Positions 48,160-60,100 of a stretch of 64,000 nucleotides of DNA are shown here, one piece after another (position 1 is the first letter of the stretch; every line of letters begins with the position of its first letter). Made by a program: the position numbers and the translations under genes. The stretch is from a virus. Taxonomy: Duplodnaviria > Caudoviricetes. Below the pieces are notes generated by a model that was not told the DNA's origin, made no database searches, and was given only the letters and a program-made list of their open reading frames with translations. The stretch is from positions 32,001 to 96,000 of IMG/VR virus record IMGVR_UViG_3300032280_000800; one strand, written 5' to 3'.

Positions 48160-51100
48160 TTATCTACCTAATCCAATCAATTCGGTAACTCTTAATTGTA
48201 TCTTATCTACTAGTCGTTTTTCGTCTTCTGGACTTAATTTATAGCTACTATCTGCTGGAGATGTTAATTCTACTTCTATCTTACCCCCTTTAAAGGTTAC
48301 TATTTCTGGAATACTTGGTCCTTTAATTTCAATAGATTTAATAGAATCTAAACCTCTAATAAAAGTATCAACATGTTTTCCAAAAGCGCTAACGGGACCA
48401 CCTAATGCAGGGAAAACTCTTGCTAGATTATTTATAAGAGCTCCTAAATTAGCAGTCTCAGCACCAAAAGATTTGATAAAGCTGTCAAATACTGTGTTGG
48501 CACTAGTCATATCAAATCCCATAGCCTTACCAAAAGATTGTGCCACGTTCATAACATTACTTCCTCCGCCAACCTTTCTATATATTGGATTAATAATTCC
48601 TCCAGATTGAGCATATGAAACTCCGCCCATACTGGGGGCGCTGCCAATACTTCCATTATTAATAGCATTTAATAGTGGTAAGTGTTTATTTGTCGCTTGT
48701 TTATTTACAACATATTCTCCACGAGTTAACATTGCTGGAATAGTATCTGTACCCTTGGGTTGATAATTTACTAAAACAGAACCACCAGAGGATAAGTATT
48801 TGGGTTTAATAACATTGTCTAGATGGCTTCTTAATTTTTTCTCTTCTAATATTTCTGGCCTATAAGCAGCTACATCATTCATATTAACTGCAACGTCTCC
48901 AAACCTATGCATACGATTATAATATTTTTGATATCCAAACCATGAAGAATTCTCTTGGGTACTATTGTCTTTAAATGTTGGAATATTCTCAAATAATAAT
49001 TTACCCAGATCAGATAATAATGGAGTGTATTGCTCGGCTTCGGATCGTTGAAGTGTCTCATCATTAAAAATTGCTTGAGCTTTTTGTTGTACTCTTTGAT
49101 GAGCTAATTGAATTTTCTCTTTAACGTCTTGACCTAAAGATGGAGATGCTGCTGGGGCTTTGGGAGGAACTACTCCTGGCTTGTCTCCACCAGCACCAGC
49201 TGCTTCAATATCCTTAGCTTCCACAGACTGCATATCTAGATGTTTTTTCAAGTAAATAAAATTTGGATTACCGAATGGTGATGGCATAGTTGGGAAATTT
49301 GAAATTTCGCCAGTATATTTGCCTCCGAGTCTAGCTACTTGTTGTTTAATCATTTCATATGGCTGTTGATACTCTGTAAATAGTCCAGAATATCCAGCAA
49401 AGAATCTATCAACAGTATCTGCTGGTATTTGTTTGTCAGCAATTTCTACCTGATTTGCTCCCCTGTAAATTTTAGGCATTCCATTATTATCAATGGTTTG
49501 CACAATAGTTTTATTAGCATTTGGATCTGGCTTATTTACTAAGTCGGCAACAGGCTCTGTGCCATAGCTTCTTAATGAATCCCAGAATTCATATGGCTTT
49601 TTAAGAGTTTTTAATCTATCTTGTATACCTTTTGCTGCTTTGTGATAAGACGTATCTGGTGTTGTTGCTTTTAAATCTTTTGAACTTAATGCTTCTAGTC
49701 TTGCTTGTCTTTCGCTTACATTACGATCCTTATTAAAATTAAGAGTGTCTACTAAGAATTCTAAAAATTTAGTTTCTCCAGATAATGGCTTATTGTCCTG
49801 ACCCATGAAAGGCTGCGCTGCTGCGTCACCAATTTCTGTATTTGCTCCGTTTAATAGATTAGCTCCTGCTGCAATTTCTCTCATTAATCCTGGAGTAATA
49901 GATTCTCTATTATTAATGGTAAATGTGTCAAGATTTTTAATTCTATCCAAAGTATTAACATCTGCTAAAACTGTATTTCTAACTTCTTCTGGGGTTCCGG
50001 GTAGTTTATAGTTGTCGTCAATTCTTTTCCATTGTTTAATGTCTTTTGGTGCTATTCCACCAAAAACCTTATCTAAATTAGCTCTCTTCCAAGTTGTATA
50101 TCCTTGTCCAAGTTTTTTACGTAAACTAGTAATTTGTTCTTCTTCTGTTTTCCCTTCTGGTTTATTATCTATAGTTAGTTTCTTAAATCCTGGATTTACT
50201 TTTTTATATATGTTAGGATTACCATCTGCCATTTGTCCAGTATACAAGCCCATAGCAGCAATAGCATTCTGATAATTCTTTATAGTTTTTGGCAAAACAT
50301 ATTGTTCTTTGGATCTATTATCAGTTTGTGACGATGTAACCCCCTTAATCTGTTTAAGGAATGCTTGCTTATAATTTTCTACAAAACTATCATCGTATGC
50401 TTTTTCTGTTGTTTGCAAGTTCCATAAACCAAACTTATCTGCAAAACTATCGGTGGTAGGATTAGCACTTGCTGTACCATACATATTTTGTAGTTTATCC
50501 AAATTCCACGATAAACTACTATTAACAGATGGTAGGGACTGTGCAATAGTTGGATCTATTTTTTGTATCCAAGCTTTAAATTGTTCATTATTTTCTGGTA
50601 TTTTTTCTTTAATACCAAGAGCACTACCATAATTCTTTAGCATTGTACTGATTAATTCATTAGTATCTCTAATGTATGGTCCAGACTCTCCGACAACATT
50701 CATCGATCCGGGTCTGCCATATGCCATATCAAAATTACTAAAAGTTTTGAATGGATTAATATGGGCTCCACCCTTTAATGGAGTATTAAATAATACGTAT
50801 TCCATAGATGGAGAAGATTCAAATTTAACGCCAGCACCAACACGATTTTTGTATAGTTTATCTAATACTTCTTGTTTTTGTCTTTCTAATAGTTTAACAG
50901 AGTCTGAGTCTCTGCCTTCTTTTTTAATTTTCTCTGCTATATCTTTGTCAATTTTCTGCATTTGTACAGTAGCTTGATTTCTTTCTTCTTCGCTAAGAGT
51001 ACCCATTCCAGTCATCATTTGGAGTGGATTGTTTTGTAAATCTTCTCTGTTTTCCCATCTGGCTCTCATAGTCCAATACTTCTCAAGCTCAGCATCATAT

Positions 51101-54100
51101 TTATCTCTTTGCTTATTAAAGAAATCCCATGCTTTGCTAGATTCAATAATGTTATTAGCTTTGGATGTTTTTTCTTCTAATTTACTGACTAATTTTTTAC
51201 GGTTATCTTCAGAATCTCCAGGGTATCCATACTTGGTTAGTAAATCATTAATAACCTTTTGTGCAGCAACTTTATCTTCTTTGGTAACTCCAGTAATACC
51301 AGCAGATCCAGAGCCACTAAAGTTTTGCGACTTAAATTTACTATCAGATAACTTATCTCGTAAATGTTTTTGTAGCATTTTACTTTGTGTTGTAACCTGT
51401 TGTGCGGCTTCTGGACCTCTTGATATTGGACTGTTATCTAGGTCTGGTATGGATCCGCCAGCAAAATCTTTAAGATATCTAGATTTTAATTCATTAAACT
51501 TATTAATAACTAAACTATTCTCATCAGTATCTGTACCAGCAATATCCTGTTGAACAACACCAAATTCTCTTAAGTATTGTTGTAATGCCTGTTCGTTCGT
51601 TTGTTTTTTCTTATCTGACGGTATTGAAGATAGTGGAGTACTAAGAATAGATGCATTTCTCGTATACGCATTAAAATCCATTTTACCATCACTTTTCATA
51701 GCTTTGGCAACAATGGCTGGAAATGGCTTTCCGTTCATATCAAAAATATCTTCTCCGTCAAATTTGTCTTCATTATTTCCTTTAAAGCCAAAATCTTGTG
51801 GTTTTGGTATTATTGGACTGGTAACATTAAATGCTGGGAAAGTATTTCCATCTACATTCGGTATTCCAAGATTATTTTGTGCGATATAATCTCGTTCTAA
51901 TTTTTTACGTAAAGCATTTCTTTCGTCAATATCCTTTTGCATATCTGGGGATATTGTCTTGGCATCTGACACTGTTTTGAGTTTCTCGTCGAGCTCTTTA
52001 AGTCTCTTATTTGCTTCTTCTCTTTCTTGTGCTCTTAACAGTTGCCCACGATCAGAGCCATCACCCAGTTCATATTTTGGTATTTTTGCTCCACGAGCAG
52101 TAAAGTTAACCGCCCCCATAGGATCTTTAAGTCCCATAGCTTGTGCAAGTTGCATCTGACCAAACATATACTGATTGTCTTTGGTAGCAAATTCTTCAGT
52201 TCTATCTCTTTGCGTTGTCTCATAAGCTCTCTTTGCTACTTCCGCATTAATTTTCATCTCTTCAATTGGGTCTGCCGACCATGTTGGTTTTGGTAATGGT
52301 CCTCCAGTAACCGGACCAGATGATCCAGAAGCTCCAGCATCTGGTGGCATTGGTCTTTCTCCAAAAACAGCATTATATGCAGCAGAACCGATACCAGATA
52401 CAATAGGCAGTGCTTGAAAAGCAAGACTAGTATAGCTTAATTTTCTCAATACATCCCACGCTTTTGCTGATGTGGTATCTCCCTTTATTTTTAATTTTTC
52501 CCAAGCCCATTTACCAACAACATCTTTATAAGACGGACCCTTGGGGGCCTTCTTTTGTTTTATTAGGAGTTTCCCCTTCCTCTTCGGATCAGGTAAAACA
52601 TTAAGACCCTGCTTTTTCAGAAGATCTAGTGCTTCGTCTTGACTAGTAGCCTCTATTGTGTCTCTTACTTCTCTTCCAGTTCGTGTGTCTAGGGCTTCAT
52701 ATATAAAAGTGGATTTTGGAGGCGTTTTTCCTGCTGCTGGAGCAGGTTTTGGTTTCGTTGAACCCGAAGGTTTTTTGGGTTTTGTTGTGTCAGAAGACTT
52801 GGGCTTGTATATGCTAGGTTTACCCTTCTCTACACTACGGCGACTAGCCAAAACATCCAAACCTTGCTTTTTAAGAAGTGCTATCGCTTCCTCTTGACTA
52901 ACCGCTTCTATCGAATCTCTTACATCCATTCCAAAAGTTTTAGAACCAGCTCGTGTATCTCTAGCTTCATATTTGAAAGTAGATTTTGGTTTTATTGGGA
53001 CTATTGGTGAATCCGCCCTTGGTTCTGCTGGAGTAGCTTCTGGTTTTGGTGCGACTGGTTTGGGAGGAGCTGCTGTTGGCTTTGTGTCTGACGCTTGTTG
53101 AGCAACCGCAGCTTCATTTGGAGTTTCTGGAGGTTTAGTTTTGGTTCCGGTTTTAGCTGCTTTTGCTTTAGCTGCTTTTCTAGCAGCATTAGCTGCTTCA
53201 CCTACTCTAGCCTGTTCAAGTAATCTTGCACGTTCTGCCATCATTTCTGGCGTTGGATTAACAACAGCCTCACCAACCACCCTCTTGGATTTTTGAACAG
53301 TTTGTTCTGTACCGTCTTTAAATAATGCTAAACTTCTATTAGTAATTTCATTAGCATTAGCGATAGGAATACTATTGGGAGAAAGTTTAATAGCATTAGA
53401 TGTAATAGCGCCATTCTGTAACATTTTTGAGCTTACTGAGGTCGCTTTACCAAAAGCTGATGTCATACCCTTTCTGATCATATCATCAGCAGCAGCACCT
53501 CCCATTAACTCAGCACCAAAGCCTATCCACTGTCCTCCTGAATATGATTCTGGACTAGCCTTCATCTTGTCCATAACTCTCTTCTTCATAGATGCTGGAA
53601 TATATTTATTCCAGATATATGAATTTATATCTTGTCCTATTTGATCTCCAAGCATACCTCCAGTAAAGCCTAAAGATAATGCTCCAGCGGTTCCTGTAAC
53701 GATTGCTCCTGGGCCAGTAATCAAGCCGCCCAGAGTTCCGATGGATCCACCGGCAATTGCACCTAAACCACCACCAACAGCACCCAATACCCCAGGAATT
53801 GCTTTACTAGCCAAGCCATACATTAGACTTTCGAAATCAGCTGGCTCAAGGCCTAGTTTAGTATTTCTAAAAGCATTATCAACCTTCATAAATTCTGGAG
53901 TAAATGGAAAATTTCTATCTCCACCGAAGTAATTTTCTTCTAACGGATTACGTCCACCAGTGATTCGTTTATCATACTGTATAGCGTGAGCAGCTTCGTA
54001 GGTTTTGTACCAATCCAAACTCGGACCAGGTTTAAGTTGTTTGTCTCTAAATGCTATTGCTTTATTTAAACTTTGATTGATTTGTTGAGTTTTGTTTTTA

Positions 54101-57100
54101 TCTCCTCCAAAACCTAAAAATCCAGCAGCTTGTTTCTTTTCTTTTTGTAAATTGTCTATCAAAAGATCATTATCTGATAATATCTTATATTTTTGTTGTG
54201 CGGACGTTGAGAGGTATTTCTCATGATGCCCTGATACTGCCGAATTATAACTCTTTAATTCTGACTTATTCAGTATGTTGTCTTTTGAGTTTGATCTAAA
54301 ATCTACATACTTTAATAGATCGCTCTGTGGAAAATTATTTAAAGGAATATGATCGGATGTTCCAGCTAATTTTTCCCACTCTGTATCTGGCACTATGGGG
54401 AATCTACTGCGAACACTACGGTCTAATAAACCTCCCTTAGATAAATATTTAACGCTGCCACCATTACTATACTTACCACTATTTATACTTTGTAATAATG
54501 GTAAATTCCTAGCTGTAGCAGCTCTATTAACAACGAATTCTCCCGGTGTTAACATTGCTGGAACAGTATCTGTTCCTTTGGGAGCAAAATCAACCATAGA
54601 GCCCATAGCGTAATAACTTATTAAACCACCTTTAGCTTTAGGAACAGCTCCGTCCACTCCTCCCAACCCTAATCTATTAGCAACACCATTTAATTGATCA
54701 ACAATATCAGTAATAGCTGTTCTCATCTTATTTGTAAAATCATCAGCGGATAACGACAGAGCCTGTGCTAATAATTGTCCGCTATCAGATATTAATCCTG
54801 ATTGAGCCATAACAGCTTCTGTTTGAATTTTGGCAGCTTGGTTGAATGCATCTATGTATGGTTTAATTTGTGGATTTTCTTGTGGTCTACCAAAATCAGG
54901 ACCGAATACTTCTTTAAACTGATCAAATACAGCGGGGTCTCCGCCAGCATTACCCAGTATGCGTGTAATATTATCAAATAATTCTTTTTGTAAGCGGGCA
55001 AATTCTTCTGGTGTTCTAGTAGATTCCAAAGATTGTAATGTTGATATTGCTCCCGGAATATCTTGTCTGCCACCAGCACCACCAACAACTCTATTGTAAG
55101 ACTCAGTATCTTTAGCAAAATTAAACATAGCTTCAGGATTATCTAACATACCAAAGAAATCCATAACACTACGACGACGACCAGCAGAAATTTGTGATTG
55201 TTCATCAATCTTCTTAAGAGCGGCAGAAGCCCTATCTGTATTATTCGCTAGTGTATCTAGTGCTTTAGTATATTTATTAATTTTTGATGTTAGTTTTGCA
55301 ATTTCGCCTGAGCCTAACGCGCTAGTTGCTGTTCCAGGATCGCTTTCTAGTATTCTCTTTCTGGCAACAGCATCCGCTATTTCTTTACCAATAGCAGTTG
55401 GATCTGTTATACCTCCAGTTAATCCTCTAACAGCAGAGTCTGATGGGTCAGTAAGCTCTCTTAATGAGATTGTTTGATTAAACTTTTCTTTAAGCTGTAT
55501 GGCGCTTTGTAAATTGATGTCTTGTACTCTCACAGTATTATCTGCTAATTTATCAAAATTACCAGCTAGCTGATCAGACACTGCACCAAGCTTACGATTA
55601 ACATCTATTTGTTTCTTAGCATAATCTTCAAATGTTGCTCTAGCTTTTTCGGCAGCATCACTCAATTCTTTGAACGCTTGAACATCATTTGCAAGTTCTT
55701 CCATGGTCATGCCTTGTCTATTCATACTAGTACTAGCCCTTATCCACTTCATGACCTCGTCTTCTAGTTCTTTACGAATATCTGGAGACATATCAAGTCC
55801 ACCAAACATGTTTGTTAGTCTTGAACGAACATTAGCTTCTGAACCAGCCGAAATATCAGCATTTGCCGTATCTCTTAATATTAAAGGCAATTCTTGTTGA
55901 ATAGCCTGAAAGCCTTTAATAAAATCCCCCATTTGTTTGGTTTGCTTATTATCTCCTAAACTCTTACCCACACTATCTACAGCAGATGCTAGCTCCTCTC
56001 TGCTATATGCTGTGATATTTTCTAGAATCCTAGCGTTTTGTGAATCTCCTTCATAGGCTTTGGCACCTCCGCCAGATAATTCACCAGCAACACTCATAGC
56101 TCTATCAGCACTTGCTCCTATTTCAGATACAATACGAGTCATGCTTGTTGATAGTCTATTCATAATATCAACAATATCTAATGTGAATTTTTTAACTGAT
56201 CTATTAACAATCTCAAGTCTAGCTGCTAGTATTCTAGATCTATTTTCTCCACCTAGTTCTTTTTCTACAATAGCATCGATGTTGTCTGCTGCTGTTTTAT
56301 TTTGGACTTTACCTTCTGGTGAGTAAGCTTGTTGATATTCTTTAACTGCTGTGGCTTCGTCCATACCTTGTCTTTGTCTGGCTTCATAATATATTCTTTT
56401 TCTAAGCTGGTCCTGTGCTTTAGCAACAGCCTCATCTGCTTTTTTACGTTTCTCAGAACCCGGCGCTAATGTGTCTAAAAATTCTTGTACGGTCTGAGAA
56501 TTATCTACCTTCATTCCTTGAGCTTCTAAATTACTCCGCATCTGTTGTTCTTGTAAAATATTTAAAGAATTAAGTCTACCAGCACTGTCTTTTGATCTAC
56601 CATATGCTGCTCTTCTTTGGTCTGCTGTTAGAGCAGCCTTCTCTATTGGTTGGCTTTGAGTAAGAACTCTTTCTGCAAAGGCTTGATTGCTAGTAGCGAA
56701 CGCTTCGGTATTGTCTGCAATCTTTCTAAGTTGAATCAAACTCTCCATTTCTTTTTTAGCTTGTTCTATATCTTTACTATTATCAAAATAACCTTTGAAA
56801 CCTTCAAATACTCCAACTAATTGAGATATAACAAATGCTATTTCTAATAGACCAGCGGCGCCACCACCCTTATATCCTCTAACAGCACCACCAGAAGCTA
56901 AGTGCTGAACACCTCCTGATGAAACTTTTGGTGATCTACCTGATGTTGAAATTTTGCTAGAAAACGCCCCAACAGAACCACCACGAGCAACTCTTTGTTG
57001 TTCTTGTATAGCATTTGGTTTCATTACTTGAGAATTAAACATATCTTGTACAGACGATGATTTTATAACATAACTGAACGGCTTTACAGAAGTAGATACA

Positions 57101-60100
57101 GTATCAACATTGCTTGGTGCTCCCGGAACAATGTATGCTGACCCCAATTTCTGAGCAACTGTATTATTAACAGCACTTGCTCCACCACGATTAAGAGCGT
57201 CCAATTCTTGTATACTAGCTGGTAACGGTGGAGGTATAACCATCTCACCTTTTGCTAATTTAACAGGAACTAATCCTCCAGCAGACAACCCTACTCTACC
57301 GCCAGCAGCTTTTCTACTACGCCTTCTGCCTCCTCCACCGCTGGGCATACCTCCTCCTATACGACTACCAATTTGAGCAGCTACCATCATACCCATAATG
57401 CTTGTCATAGTTGATAGCATACCTTCAAGGCCACTAGCAAAAGCATTCCATACTTTATTATCCTTAATGGTTGTAGCTGATTTTTCTAAAGAAACATTTA
57501 ATGCTTGATAGTTTCTATTCATTCTATCTAATAGTTCTTCTCTTTCTCCAAAAGTTTTAGCAGTAGCAAGCTCTCCTAGTGTTTTGTTGAGTTCGTTTGA
57601 AGCTCCAGCCACACCTCTCATAGCAAGTTCGGTTTCTTTGGCTGTTGATTCTTTTATGAAACCAGCAACAGCACCGCTGGCTATACCAGCAGCACCACCT
57701 ATAGCAGCACCCTTACCCTTAAAAGCCTGAGCGCCGATTAATGCTCCACTCATACCGTATGAGCCAGCGCTTTGTAATGCTCCAGTAAAACCAGCTAGTG
57801 CTGGACTAGTATCAGAAACAGTACCAGCAAATTGATCTAAGCTATTTAATATGGACGGCATTTGTGCGCTTAGTTGTGTTGCTCCTAAGCCTATAATACC
57901 AGTAATACCACCTATTTTATCTCCCATCTTGGTAACTCTGTCAGCAACTTTGGGAAAAGATCTCTCTATTAATCCCATTCCTGGAAGATTAGCTGTACTG
58001 TTAGCTCGTGCAACCCTGTCTAATCTTTGTCCTGTTGTCGATTCTAAATTTCTTTGAGCCTGCCTTAAGTTTCCTTGTTCAAAGGCTCCAAACTTACCTT
58101 CCTTAAGAGACTGTTGTGCCCTAACATCAATACCCCTCACCTTCATTTTGCCGGTTAAGAACCCTAGTTCTTTTTCAAATTCTGAATGAGCGTGTTCTAA
58201 TTCTGATAAGATTGTAATATCTTTATCTATAACGTTTGCTAATCCCTTAGAATCAAGGCTAGTTTTAATATCAGCAATAGAAGAGCCTCCTACTTTCTGC
58301 ATACTTGCTATGATATCGTCTATAGATTTAGCTAAATCTGTTTCACCTATTTTAGGATCAATTTTCTTAAATAACTCAGTAAGTCCTTCTCTGGTAGTTT
58401 TTTCAACATCTACATCTCCAATCTGACCCATATTTTTAGTAATTAGGTCTTGTATATCTGTTTGCGCAGTTGTCTTCTCCTCTGTCGCTTTTTCTGCCCT
58501 ATTGTAAATTTGCTGTCTTATATTACGTTCATATTGTTGAAGGCTAATGCCGAGTTTATCAACAATTCTTTGTAAATAATCCATTCTATCAGCATCAACA
58601 GAGCCACCTCCTGCAAATTTACGGAGACCAACTCCACCACCACGATTAAGCCCTAAAGCTTTGGTCGCCTTTGCTCTCAAAACAAAACTACCAACTGGTA
58701 GATTAGTTCTGATGCTGTCGCTAGTACCACTACCCGGCCCTTTAAATACTCCAACGCCACCACCTACCGCAAAACTTCCCATACCATTTTTATCAGCTTG
58801 GTTCATGCGGCCTAGCCTGCCATATCCTATACTTTTGGCAGTTGCCGGAGGAATGTAAGCCTCTCCATTACTAACTAGCGCAGGAACAGTTCCTCCCCCA
58901 GCAAATTGCGTAATGAATCCGCCATTAGCTTTTTGTTCAGCATCTTTGTTTCTATTGGCTCCTAAAAATTTAAATACATCATCAAAAGATCCACTATATA
59001 CAATCTTAGCGCCACCTTCTGGATCATGCTCAAAAACATCATACCAAGTCCTTTTAGAATTAAAGGAATCCATGATGCTTTTACCTTCTCTCCACGAATA
59101 TTTCTTACTCGGAGTTCCTCCGTCTGCAAACTTTTGTAGTATTCCTCCATGAGATTTTTTAGTAGGTAACTTCTGCCCCATGGCTTTAAGAATATTATCT
59201 AATTCGGATACGGCAATATCTCCACTACCATACTGATCTAATAAAGCATATAGGGTCTCTGATAATGCGGTTACTCTACCTTGATTTGGTACTGACGTTC
59301 CCTTGGCTAGCTCCTGATAATCTGGCCAAGCCTTTTGTGCTTTAGATAGTTTGCGTTGAATAGAAGTTTTTTCGTCAGGGTCTTTTGTTGACTTTAATTC
59401 ATCTTCTAATTCGCTAATATAGCTTGGAAAAGATGATCTAATATGACTATCAATTGATGGATCAAAAGATAACTGTCCAGTTTTCTTAAACGAGCCTATA
59501 GCTTCTTCTGCTTGTGTATAAGCAGTATTACGACTTTCTGCCATTAGCGCTGCTGATGCTCTAGCTTCTTTAGCTGCTAGTGCTGGATTTTTTGTTTGTA
59601 CTGACTTACCAAATGGTAATACTTCTTCTATCTCTGTATACCATCCGTCATATTGCTTAATTAAATCTGGCTTAAGGGCTTCTAAAGCTTCTGGTTCTAT
59701 ATCATCTGGTAACTTAACTAATTTTTTGCCAATAGCAATACCAGCGCCACCAGATTCAAAAGTCCACTTGTTAAGCTTATCATAATAATCAGCTAATACT
59801 TTGGGAAGCTTAATGCCGTAATGATCTGACCACTCAACACTATCATCGGTATCCGCATCCCTATAGGCTTGCGCAGCAAATGCGGCGTGATCTGATGGTG
59901 ATAGTGGAACAAATCCACGAGCACCATAGGCCCCTCTTCTTTTGTTCTTGGTAGATCTATCTGGCTTAACGCCTCCCATAGACCCATCATCAAAAGCTTG
60001 AACTTGCCCACCCTCAAACCATTTACTAGGATTCTCATCATAATATCTACCAAACTCTTTACGAGCTCTATCAAAAGCATAGCCAGTAAGAGTTCTCTTT

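Noticed and set aside
54250-54320. EF-hand-like motif (DFRSNSKDNILNKSEL) in the tape measure
   Set aside because: Loop spacing does not fit the 12-residue EF-hand and no partner hand is evident
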